Source: a virus
Direction: 5' to 3' (one strand)
Length of the DNA stretch: 37,804 bases
IMG/VR virus record: IMGVR_UViG_3300010392_000295
Made by a program: the position numbers and the translations under genes. Below the pieces are notes generated by a model, which saw only the letters and a list, made by a program, of their open reading frames with translations, did no database searches and was not told the DNA's origin. Each line of letters opens with the position of its first letter. Positions within the stretch are counted from its first letter, which is position 1. Positions 9,199 to 16,044 of the stretch are shown here, piece after piece.

Positions 9199-9299
9199 AC
9201 CACCATAAAAACAGAAACCCAAAAAGCAAAGCACATACCAAAAGCGATAAGCCAAATTATCGCTTTTTCAACCTTACAAAATGGTTTTAAATCTTTCAT
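9186..9299 (-). CDS. small membrane peptide (37 aa)
   Basis: Product MKDLKPFCKVEKAIIWLIAFGMCFAFWVSVFMVVKGV has one TM segment. Its ATG overlaps the upstream gene's stop (ATGA). Confidence 0.45.
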   Translation of the reverse strand: MKDLKPFCKVEKAIIWLIAFGMCFAFWVSVFMVVKGV

Positions 9300-9475
9300 T
9301 TAACCGCCTTAAATTTATCAAAATCAGCCTTACTAACTCGATCGCCGTTAACGCGATAAGTCACCTGTTTTTCTTTTGCGTTGTTACGCGCTGCAATATT
9401 CCAGATAGTATCTGTTTTAATACCTGTGTTACCGCCCACGAAGTTTGAGCCGCCTGCTATACCGTTGTTAATCAT
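9296..9475 (-). CDS. small hypothetical protein (59 aa)
   Basis: Product begins MINNGIAGGSNFVGGNTGIKTDTIWNIAARNN... It is preceded by the conserved GGTGATTTATG initiation region. Confidence 0.5.
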   Translation of the reverse strand: MINNGIAGGSNFVGGNTGIKTDTIWNIAARNNAKEKQVTYRVNGDRVSKADFDKFKAVK

Positions 9476-9485
9476 AAATCACCTT

Positions 9486-9707
9486 TTAATCTTCGTTAGA
9501 ATTTTCAAGTAAATATTTATATTCATTAAACCTATATTTATTTCCTTCATGCTTTATGTAGCAGGAATCAAAGATAAAATATTCAGTTTCTTTTCCAGTT
9601 ACAGACTCATAATTGCTGCAAATCCTGTATTCGATACAGCTAATTACAAGAGATCCAATCAAAATAATTAAAGCCAAATCAATCAGAAAATCTCTGTAAA
9701 GATTCAT
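9486..9707 (-). CDS. small membrane-anchored protein (73 aa)
   Basis: N-terminal TM segment FLIDLALIILIGSLVISCI. Preceded by GGTGATTTATG. Its start overlaps the stop of the upstream gene. Confidence 0.6.
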   Translation of the reverse strand: MNLYRDFLIDLALIILIGSLVISCIEYRICSNYESVTGKETEYFIFDSCYIKHEGNKYRFNEYKYLLENSNED

Positions 9708-10372
9708 AAATCACCATAAAAAAGTTTAGTTAAAAGTTCGTTTATTTTTTCTTTGCAGTCAGCAGCAACATAAGCATCAGCGGCACGAGCAGCATCAGCA
9801 GCATCAGCAGCATAAGCAGCAGCATAAGCAGCAGCATAAGCAGCATCAGCAGCATCAGCAGCATCAGCGGCACGAGCAGCAGCATAAGCATCAGCAGCAT
9901 CAGCAGCATCAGCGGCACGAGCAGCAGCATAAGCAGCATAAGCATCAGCAGCATCAGCGGCACGAGCAGCAGCATAAGCAGCATAAGCAGCAGCATAAGC
10001 AGCAGCGTCAGCAGCAGCATCAGCAGCATCAGCGGCACGAGCAGCATCAGCATCAGCGGCACGAGCAGCATCAGCAGCAGTAACAGTAGATGTGTGTGTA
10101 TTGTTTAGAAAGTCAACAATTAAATCATACTTATCTGTGTAAGCCTTTATCGACTCAATGTTAATAAGTGCAACATCGCAAGCGAACCTTGCAATTTTAT
10201 CTTTTGGCAGTTTTTTGCCAGCCAACCATAGCAAGTCGGACGGGGTGCTTTTCCCTCCAATAAGCGATAACACTTCAACAGGCTCATCCGTGTTATTCGT
10301 TTGCTCGATAAATCTATCGAACCCTTCTTTGCAAGCTTTTAACTCAATCAACTCTTGTTTGCTAATTTTCAT
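9704..10372 (-). CDS. Ala/Asp/Tyr/Arg repeat protein with a Cys-containing N-terminal domain (reminiscent of Imm5-like AAxAA repeat proteins)
   Basis: 222 aa. The N-terminal roughly 95 aa are globular (ELKACKEGFDRF..., LLWLAGKKL, RFACDVALINIE). About 110 aa then consist almost only of A, D, R and Y (AARAADAADAAYAAAYAA...). Preceded by GGTGATTTATG. Confidence 0.75.
   Translation of the reverse strand: MKISKQELIELKACKEGFDRFIEQTNNTDEPVEVLSLIGGKSTPSDLLWLAGKKLPKDKIARFACDVALINIESIKAYTDKYDLIVDFLNNTHTSTVTAADAARAADADAARAADAADAAADAAAYAAAYAAYAAARAADAADAYAAYAAARAADAADAADAYAAARAADAADAADAAYAAAYAAAYAADAADAARAADAYVAADCKEKINELLTKLFYGDL
9761..10080. repeat. about 320 bp of imperfect tandem repeats with 3/6/9-nt periodicity (gcagca / gcatca / gcataa / gcggcacga units)
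   Basis: Seen directly in the sequence. The higher-order unit gcatcagcggcacgagcagc recurs six times with variable numbers of short units between copies. Confidence 0.9.
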
Positions 10373-10375
10373 AAA

Positions 10376-10516
10376 TCACCACATCAAATTAATAATAATA
10401 TCTAAAACTTTTGGCCCAGCTAAAACATACCCAACAGCAAAGCCAATCACCAAACACAATAAAGCATAAGTTGCGTATTCAAAAGCAAAATCAATCATCT
10501 TCATTAGATTTTCCAT
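10376..10516 (-). CDS. small membrane peptide (46 aa)
   Basis: Product MENLMKMIDFAFEYATYALLCLVIGFAVGYVLAGPKVLDIIINLMW has one TM segment and overlaps the upstream ORF. Confidence 0.45.
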   Translation of the reverse strand: MENLMKMIDFAFEYATYALLCLVIGFAVGYVLAGPKVLDIIINLMW

Positions 10517-10643
10517 CGCTTTCCAATCCTTCAAAGTATTTCATTTTTAATTCAAAGCCGGTTTTATACCCTTCTTCTTCCGCTCGCTTTGTCGCGTGAT
10601 ACGCTATTAAGTAATAACGTTCATCTAAATCTAAATCACTCAT
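10491..10643 (-). CDS. small acidic hypothetical protein (50 aa)
   Basis: Product is MSDLDLDERYYLIAYHATKRAEEEGYKTGFELKMKYFEGLESDGKSNEDD. It overlaps ORFs on both sides. Confidence 0.45.
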   Translation of the reverse strand: MSDLDLDERYYLIAYHATKRAEEEGYKTGFELKMKYFEGLESDGKSNEDD

Positions 10644-10722
10644 AATATTTACTCATAGATAAAAAGTTAAACCAATTTCGTGTAGCGCGCCTATCTCTTA
10701 ACTTCTGTTTTTGTATCTTCAT
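10636..10722 (-). CDS. very small basic leader ORF (28 aa), first in the minus-strand operon
   Basis: Product is MKIQKQKLRDRRATRNWFNFLSMSKYYE, preceded by GGTGATTTATG. It is very short, so uncertain. Confidence 0.3.
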   Translation of the reverse strand: MKIQKQKLRDRRATRNWFNFLSMSKYYE

Positions 10723-10746
10723 AAATCACCTCGTTTGTTTTTTATC

Positions 10747-10775
10747 ACTATAAACACGTATAAATTAAAAATCAA
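10747..10775 (-). promoter_or_regulatory. sigma70-like promoter for the minus-strand cassette
   Basis: On the minus strand: TTGATT, 17 nt, TATAGT, about 25 nt upstream of the first minus-strand start. Confidence 0.6.
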
Positions 10776-10777
10776 TA

Positions 10778-10806
10778 TTGAAATGATATTATTTTAATAT
10801 TATAGT
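10778..10806 (+). promoter_or_regulatory. sigma70-like promoter for the RHH / endonuclease-like genes
   Basis: TTGAAA (10778..10783), 17 nt, TATAGT (10801..10806). It lies back to back with the minus-strand promoter, and AT-rich inverted repeats (aatat...atatt) overlap it. Confidence 0.6.
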
Positions 10807-10830
10807 TAAGAAAAATTACAGGAGATATTT

Positions 10831-10959
10831 ATGTTAAAGCAAATGCCAATCGGCTTTACTGATAAGCAAAAAGAGTATTTAGAGCAACGCGCAAAAGAAG
10901 AAAGCAATTCAATTGCTGCTATTGTGCGCCAGTTAGTTAATAAAGAAATGAGTAAATAG
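10831..10959 (+). CDS. ribbon-helix-helix (CopG/Arc-like) small DNA-binding protein (42 aa)
   Basis: RBS aggag lies upstream. MLKQMPIGFTDKQKEYLEQRAKEESNSIAAIVRQLVNKEMSK fits a beta-strand, helix, helix RHH pattern. Confidence 0.6.
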   Translation: MLKQMPIGFTDKQKEYLEQRAKEESNSIAAIVRQLVNKEMSK

Positions 10960-10968
10960 AGGTGCATT

Positions 10969-11642
10969 ATGGGTTCAGTAAAGAAGGGAATGATTTTCAA
11001 GACTTCAAACTGCGGTGAAATAGAGGTTTTAACGGATGTAGTCAATGGGCATTCTTTGGTTAAATTCATAGAAACAGGATTTGAAAAAAAGCAAGCGTAA
11101 GAAGCATAAAAAGCGGAATGATAAAAGACAGAATGAAGCCAGTTAGGTATGGAGTTGGATTTATAGGTGTTGGAATGTTTAAATCTTATGAAAATGGAGT
11201 AATGACAAAAGAGTATAAAGCTTGGTCTGCAATGTTAAAAAGGTGTTATTGCAAAAAGACCCATGAAAAACAACCAACATACAAAGAGTGTGAAGTTTGT
11301 GATGACTGGCTTGATTTTCAGTTGTTTGCAGATTGGTACAGCAAATCATCAAGAGGGAGAGTGGATCTGGAGGTTGACAAAGACATAAGCGTTAAAAACA
11401 ACAAGGTTTACTCTCCAGAAACTTGCAAGTTAGTAACAAAGAAAGAAAACTTATCAGCTAGGGGAGTTAATTCGGATCCGGTATTTTTTGAAAATAAAGA
11501 TGGCAGAATAGAAGAAGTAAGAAATGTTAACAACTTTTGTAGAGATGAAGGGTTAACGCAAAGTGCAATGTCAAGAGTCGCTAGAGGTAAAATGAAATCG
11601 CACAAAGGATGGTTTTTGTGTGATTTCCAAAGTGTAAAATAA
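10969..11642 (+). pseudogene. homing-endonuclease-like gene split by a frame change at an A7 run (paralog of 30592..31245)
   Basis: The 10969..11100 product MGSVKKGMIFKTSNCGEIEVLTDVVNGHSLVKFIETGFEKK aligns with the N-terminus of the intact paralog. The -1 frame from 11085 onward (KKASVRSIKSGMIKDRMKPVRYGVGFIGVG...) continues colinearly. The junction is A_AAA_AAG at 11085..11091. Confidence 0.75.
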
Positions 11643-11683
11643 GGTGCTAAAATGAAGTCAAGTTCAACCGCTTGGCTTTTTTT

Positions 11684-12226
11684 ATGCCTTTAATTGTAGA
11701 AGATGGAACAGTTGTTCCTAACGCTGATAGTTTTTTATCTTTAGTTGATGCTAGAGCGCTGGCGGCAAACTATGGAATTACACTACCAGATGATGACACC
11801 GATGCAGAAGTTAAACTGCGCCTTGGTTATAATTATTTATTGACACAAGAGTCGCAACTATCTGGCCAAAGAGTAAGCTCAGAGCAAACCGGTATTTATC
11901 CGCGTCAAAATGCTTACGCAAATTGTTTTCTTATTGACAGCGATGTAATACCGCAAGAGGTTAAACTAGCTCAGCTATACAGTGCAGACGCAATTAATTC
12001 TGGTTTAGATGTAAATGAAACCAGCGACGGAAGCCAGTTAGAGTCATTTGAGGTTGTTGACGTTTACAAAGAGTCATACAAAACATCATCCAGCACAAGT
12101 TTCAACACTCGCATCAAGGGCGCTGTTAATGCGCTAAATCCACTAACAAAAAGCTACTTATCTAAAGTTTGCGGCCTTGGCTCTGGCGGCGGTTTATATC
12201 GCGGTAGTATGGGGTATTTACCGTAA
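11684..12226 (+). CDS. head-tail adaptor / connector protein (DnaT-like N-terminal domain type)
   Basis: MPLIVEDGTVVPNADSFLSLVDARALAANYG is the typical N-terminus of this phage head-tail adaptor family. I prefer the ATG at 11684 to the TTG at 11672. Confidence 0.65.
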   Translation: MPLIVEDGTVVPNADSFLSLVDARALAANYGITLPDDDTDAEVKLRLGYNYLLTQESQLSGQRVSSEQTGIYPRQNAYANCFLIDSDVIPQEVKLAQLYSADAINSGLDVNETSDGSQLESFEVVDVYKESYKTSSSTSFNTRIKGAVNALNPLTKSYLSKVCGLGSGGGLYRGSMGYLP

Positions 12227-12606
12227 TGGCTAGTAGTGATATTCGCGCAAAGATTGCGAAAGGCTTAAAAAAAGCAGTAGCAAAAACTGGTTCTGCAAGT
12301 AGCGAGCCCGTTTATCTTGTGCAAAAAACTGCTGTACCTGGCAACCCTTTATCACCTGGAGCTGTAACATCAAATGATGTTTTGCTAAAAGATGCAATAT
12401 TTAAGTCATACGATAAAAATTTAAATGACTCGAACATCAAAACGGGTGACAGGCAGCTAGTTTCGCAATACGACGTACCAATTAAGACTGGCGATGTTAT
12501 AAAGCAGGGCGCAACGACTTACCTAGTTATAAGTGTCGATGAGCGAGCGCCAACAAGTGATACTCTGATTTATTTTGCACAATGCAGGGTGGGTGGCAAT
12601 GCTTAA
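12226..12606 (+). CDS. head-tail joining / head closure protein (by position)
   Basis: 126 aa, coupled to the upstream gene by a TAATG overlap, and located in the connector gene block. Confidence 0.45.
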   Translation: MASSDIRAKIAKGLKKAVAKTGSASSEPVYLVQKTAVPGNPLSPGAVTSNDVLLKDAIFKSYDKNLNDSNIKTGDRQLVSQYDVPIKTGDVIKQGATTYLVISVDERAPTSDTLIYFAQCRVGGNA

Positions 12607-13033
12607 GGGTAGAAAGCGGCTAGATTCTGCAATAAAAGAGCGTATAGAGGCGCTTAATATTGGTGTTAAGTCTATTTACTTTGAGACACTTAAAGCAATT
12701 GTTAAAGCGACGCCAGAAGATACGGGGCGAGCAATCCAAGGTTGGTTTTTAACTGTCGCAAACCCATCAAGCGCCCTAGCTGGTGGTGGTGTTGCTCAGC
12801 TATCAAAGATGCCAAAAAACGTTCTTGGAAAAAAAATATTCTTTACTAACAGTACACCATACATTAACAAGCTTGAGTATGGCGGCTTTCCTAGCCCTGT
12901 AGAGAAGGGTAGCTGGGATAAGATAAGCAAAAGTTATGTTAAACTTTCTGCTAACGGATTTAGCAAACAAGCTCCAAACGGCTTTGTAAGAGTTAACTTA
13001 AAACGTGCACAAATGAAGATTAAGCAATTATGA
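12599..13033 (+). CDS. head-tail joining protein (HK97 gp10-like, by position)
   Basis: The ATG at 12599 overlaps the previous stop. The product is about 144 aa and lies between the connector and tail genes. Confidence 0.45.
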   Translation: MLKGRKRLDSAIKERIEALNIGVKSIYFETLKAIVKATPEDTGRAIQGWFLTVANPSSALAGGGVAQLSKMPKNVLGKKIFFTNSTPYINKLEYGGFPSPVEKGSWDKISKSYVKLSANGFSKQAPNGFVRVNLKRAQMKIKQL

Positions 13034-13476
13034 GCCATAAAGCGATTAGAGATACAATTTTAAATCATGCACTAACTAACTTGCCTGTTGGAATAACAGA
13101 TCAAGATGTTGTGTTTGATGGTGACTCGCTTGATACGCAGCTTGGTAAATCTAAGTTTCTTGCGTTTTACTATGCGCCAGTTGATGCGCCTAGAACTGCA
13201 AAAAACATTGAAAGCTCAAAGCAAAATGAGGGCTTTTTTCAGATTTCATGCTACACAGCTAGAAACGACTCAGCAGGCGGTGTAACAAATTACGACAATG
13301 ATTTACTAGCCTTGGTTGACTCAATACAGTCAACATTCGACCAAGTTAACAGTATTAGTTATAATGGTCAGGAAGTAAGCATAACAGATGTAAGAGCTAA
13401 TCAAATGCAATATGACGACTCTTACATTAAACAAGATGTAACAATTGATTTTATAGCATATACAGCGAGGATTTAA
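13030..13476 (+). CDS. tail terminator / tail completion protein (by position)
   Basis: 148 aa, with an ATGA overlap, immediately upstream of the major tail protein. Confidence 0.45.
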   Translation: MSHKAIRDTILNHALTNLPVGITDQDVVFDGDSLDTQLGKSKFLAFYYAPVDAPRTAKNIESSKQNEGFFQISCYTARNDSAGGVTNYDNDLLALVDSIQSTFDQVNSISYNGQEVSITDVRANQMQYDDSYIKQDVTIDFIAYTARI

Positions 13477-13477
13477 C

Positions 13478-13885
13478 ATGGCTGGCGAACAAAATGGTAC
13501 TACGGTAATTATTCAAAAGGGCTCACCAGGCGCTGACATTGTTGGTCAGGGTGAGTTTACAGTAACTTACGGCGGCGAACCAATTACTTACGAAAATAAA
13601 AGCGCTGGCGATTGGGTTTTGCGCCTTGATGGTGAGTTGTCAGGAAAAGAGTTGGTAATTTCTGGAACTCTAACTTACAACAGCGATACAGTTTACCGAG
13701 ACGTCAAGGCCGATGCTTTAGCAGGCACTCAAGACACTTACACTTTAACTTTCCCTGACGGGCAAGCTGCAACAGCCACAATGATGCCGCACGGAATGAG
13801 TGACACACTTCCGCGAGGCGGAGCAATTACAACATCCATTACATTCTCATCTAATGGTGCAGTAAATCATACACCGGCTACATAA
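13478..13885 (+). CDS. major tail (tube) protein
   Basis: 135-aa beta-rich protein immediately upstream of the G/GT chaperone pair and the tape measure. Confidence 0.65.
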   Translation: MAGEQNGTTVIIQKGSPGADIVGQGEFTVTYGGEPITYENKSAGDWVLRLDGELSGKELVISGTLTYNSDTVYRDVKADALAGTQDTYTLTFPDGQAATATMMPHGMSDTLPRGGAITTSITFSSNGAVNHTPAT

Positions 13886-14283
13886 TGCAGATTACGCTTT
13901 GCTATAAAGAATATCCTTGCAAGCTTAGTTTATCGGCTTGCAAGTACTTCTACGAAAAAACCGGTAAAGACATTAATCATGTGTTAATGCGATTTATCGC
14001 AAGCGCTCCACCAATTGAAAATGAAACATTGCTTAGTCGCTTTGAAAGGTTATTTAGTGTTGAATCTGCGCAAACAGTAGCATATTTAATTCACGCTGTA
14101 ACGCGAGAAGAAAATAGCTGCGTGCAGTTGCATGAGATTGAAGATGCAATGTTTAGAGTTGGCTGGATACCTAACAATGATGAAGATAGTGAGCTTTGCC
14201 AGCCTTGGCCTTATGTTGTTTTAGATTTAGCAACTCAGGTAAACGAGTATTACGCTTCAACTAAAAAAAAAGCGGGTTCGTAG
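13885..14283 (+). CDS. tail assembly chaperone (gpG-like)
   Basis: Acidic 132-aa ORF directly upstream of the tape measure. It ends just after a run of 9 A residues. Confidence 0.85.
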   Translation: MQITLCYKEYPCKLSLSACKYFYEKTGKDINHVLMRFIASAPPIENETLLSRFERLFSVESAQTVAYLIHAVTREENSCVQLHEIEDAMFRVGWIPNNDEDSELCQPWPYVVLDLATQVNEYYASTKKKAGS

Positions 14284-14519
14284 GCGGCCTACCAAAACCA
14301 GTTGAGGAATTTAAGCTCGATTACTGGTCATACTGGCGCTATTGTGTAAGGCAGTTGCAAATATCACCATCAGAAGCTTGGAAGCTCGATATAATGGAGA
14401 TACAAGCTCTATCTGACGACAATGCAAGGGATACGGATTTATCATTAATGCTCAACTTTGAACGCAAGCGAAATGGCGCTAAACAGCAATGGCTAGAGGA
14501 AACAGCGAATGGCAACTGA
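13885..14519 (+). CDS. tail assembly chaperone, -1 frameshift fusion product (gpGT-like)
   Basis: The -1 frame is open from 14265 to TGA at 14517..14519 (KKKSGFVGGLPKPVEEFKLDYWSYW...EAWKLDIMEIQAL...). Its end overlaps the tape measure start. Confidence 0.75.
14263..14271 (+). promoter_or_regulatory. slippery A9 tract for the programmed -1 frameshift (G/GT)
   Basis: act aaa aaa aaa gcg in the G frame. TAA in the -1 frame at 14262..14264 marks the start of the open -1 window. Confidence 0.75.
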
Positions 14520-16044
14520 AAGATTAATTGTAGAGCTGGACGCTAAAACACAAAAGCTTGAAGCGGCACTAGCGCGAACAGACAAAAAGCTTGATAAAGT
14601 CGAGCGAAACGCAAGAAAAACAACCAAGTCATTTAAAGATATTGGCAAGCAAGGTGCTATGGCTGCGGCGGCTCTTGGTGTTGCTGTTGGCGCTATGGTG
14701 CAGCACGCATCAACACTTGAGCGAGAATTAAGAATCGCAGCTCAGCGCTCTGGTGAGTCAGTTGAGTCACTTCAATCATTAGCATTTGCAACTAACACAG
14801 TCGGTATATCACTAGAAAAATTAGGCGACATTTCAAAAGACACTAACGAGCGTATAGGTGAATTCCTTGCAACTGGTGGCGGAACATTTAAAGACTTTGT
14901 CGATGTTATGAAGCTATCAGAAATGGAGGCTTCCGCGCTTGCTGAGACATTTAAAACAATGTCTGGCCCTGATATTTTGCAGCAAATGGTTAAAATGATG
15001 GAAGATGCTGGGGTATCTGGCAAGCAAATGTCATTTGCTCTTGAGGGTATGGCTAGTGATGCTCAAGACTTACTACCACTTTTAACAGATAACGCAGACG
15101 CCTTAAAGAATTTGCGTACTGAGTTTGACGATTTAAATATTACCATTTCTGAGGCTGATTTAGAAAAGGTTAGACAGGTTGGTGAAGAATTTTCAAAACT
15201 AAAATCAACATTTAGCCAAGAGGCGACTCAGCTTGTTGCTGATTACTCTGAGGAAATCATAAACGCTATTAATGTTACTGGCTTTATTGTTCAAAAGACA
15301 ATTGACGGATTTAACATTATAGCAACTGGTTGGGGCAACTTAATCGAGTTAGCTCAGTCAGCATTAACAGATTTTGTTAATGGAACAGATACATTATCAC
15401 AGACGCTAATGGAAAGGTCTGAAGAGTCAGCAGAGGAACTTAACGAGTTCTTTGGTACGCAATGGTTTGATTTTGGTAAAAACGCTGGTGAAAATTTTAT
15501 ATCTGGAATGGAGGAGGAGCTTGATGGATTAAGAAAGCCGCTAGAAATAGTTGTAACTGGCGGGAAAAAAATATCAGACTGGGATAAGTTAGATAAAAAA
15601 CAAAAAATAGGTGTTTATCAAAACTACATAAAAGCCGCTTCAACTCTTTCAAATGAATTTCTAGAGGATAACAAGGCTTTGAATGCTGGATTGGTTGTTG
15701 CTGATACTGCTGCTGGTATAATGATGGCGTTTAGAAGTGCAACGAACCCTTACGAGGCTTATGGAAATGCAGCGGTAATAGCTGCAACAGGTATTGTTCA
15801 GCTTAGTAACGTTTTGTCATCCTCAAAAGGTGGTGGTTCTATATCTGCCGGCACATCAGGCTCATCATCTAGCGCACCACAACAACAAGATTTTCAACCA
15901 GAAACAAGCGCTCTTGAAGTAACAGAGCAAGTTGCTGGCGAGGGCGTTACAACTCAACGCATAATCATAAGCACAGATGATGGTGAGGATATATTCTCGG
16001 GCATCGCTCGCGGCTTAGAAGATAGACGCGCAAGAGGTTTATAA
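14509..16044 (+). CDS. tail tape measure protein
   Basis: 511 aa with an N-terminal coiled coil, a Gly/Ala-rich hydrophobic segment and a Ser/Gly-rich C-terminus, lying after the G/GT pair. Confidence 0.85.
   Translation: MATERLIVELDAKTQKLEAALARTDKKLDKVERNARKTTKSFKDIGKQGAMAAAALGVAVGAMVQHASTLERELRIAAQRSGESVESLQSLAFATNTVGISLEKLGDISKDTNERIGEFLATGGGTFKDFVDVMKLSEMEASALAETFKTMSGPDILQQMVKMMEDAGVSGKQMSFALEGMASDAQDLLPLLTDNADALKNLRTEFDDLNITISEADLEKVRQVGEEFSKLKSTFSQEATQLVADYSEEIINAINVTGFIVQKTIDGFNIIATGWGNLIELAQSALTDFVNGTDTLSQTLMERSEESAEELNEFFGTQWFDFGKNAGENFISGMEEELDGLRKPLEIVVTGGKKISDWDKLDKKQKIGVYQNYIKAASTLSNEFLEDNKALNAGLVVADTAAGIMMAFRSATNPYEAYGNAAVIAATGIVQLSNVLSSSKGGGSISAGTSGSSSSAPQQQDFQPETSALEVTEQVAGEGVTTQRIIISTDDGEDIFSGIARGLEDRRARGL

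Noticed and set aside
9742-10071. 109-aa minus-strand ORF (MLLVPLMLMLL...) overlapping the Ala-rich gene
   Set aside because: It is the same tandem repeat read in another frame. It has no RBS, an extreme L/M/V composition, and lies wholly inside a better-supported gene with a conserved initiation region.
9761-10080. Possible CRISPR array, because of the dense short repeats
   Set aside because: The units are 3 to 9 nt, contiguous and in frame within a CDS. There are no 25 to 40 nt repeats separated by unique spacers, and no cas genes.
10158-10599. Plus-strand ORFs 10158..10469 and 10411..10599
   Set aside because: They are antisense to the tightly coupled minus-strand operon, have no SD, and have low-complexity S/N/P/Q-rich products. 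The minus-strand ORFs have conserved initiation motifs and overlaps.
10806-11069. 87-aa minus-strand ORF opposite the RHH and endonuclease-like N-terminal ORFs
   Set aside because: It would start inside the plus-strand genes and run into the promoter region. It has no RBS, and the plus-strand reading is supported by paralogy with 30592..31245.
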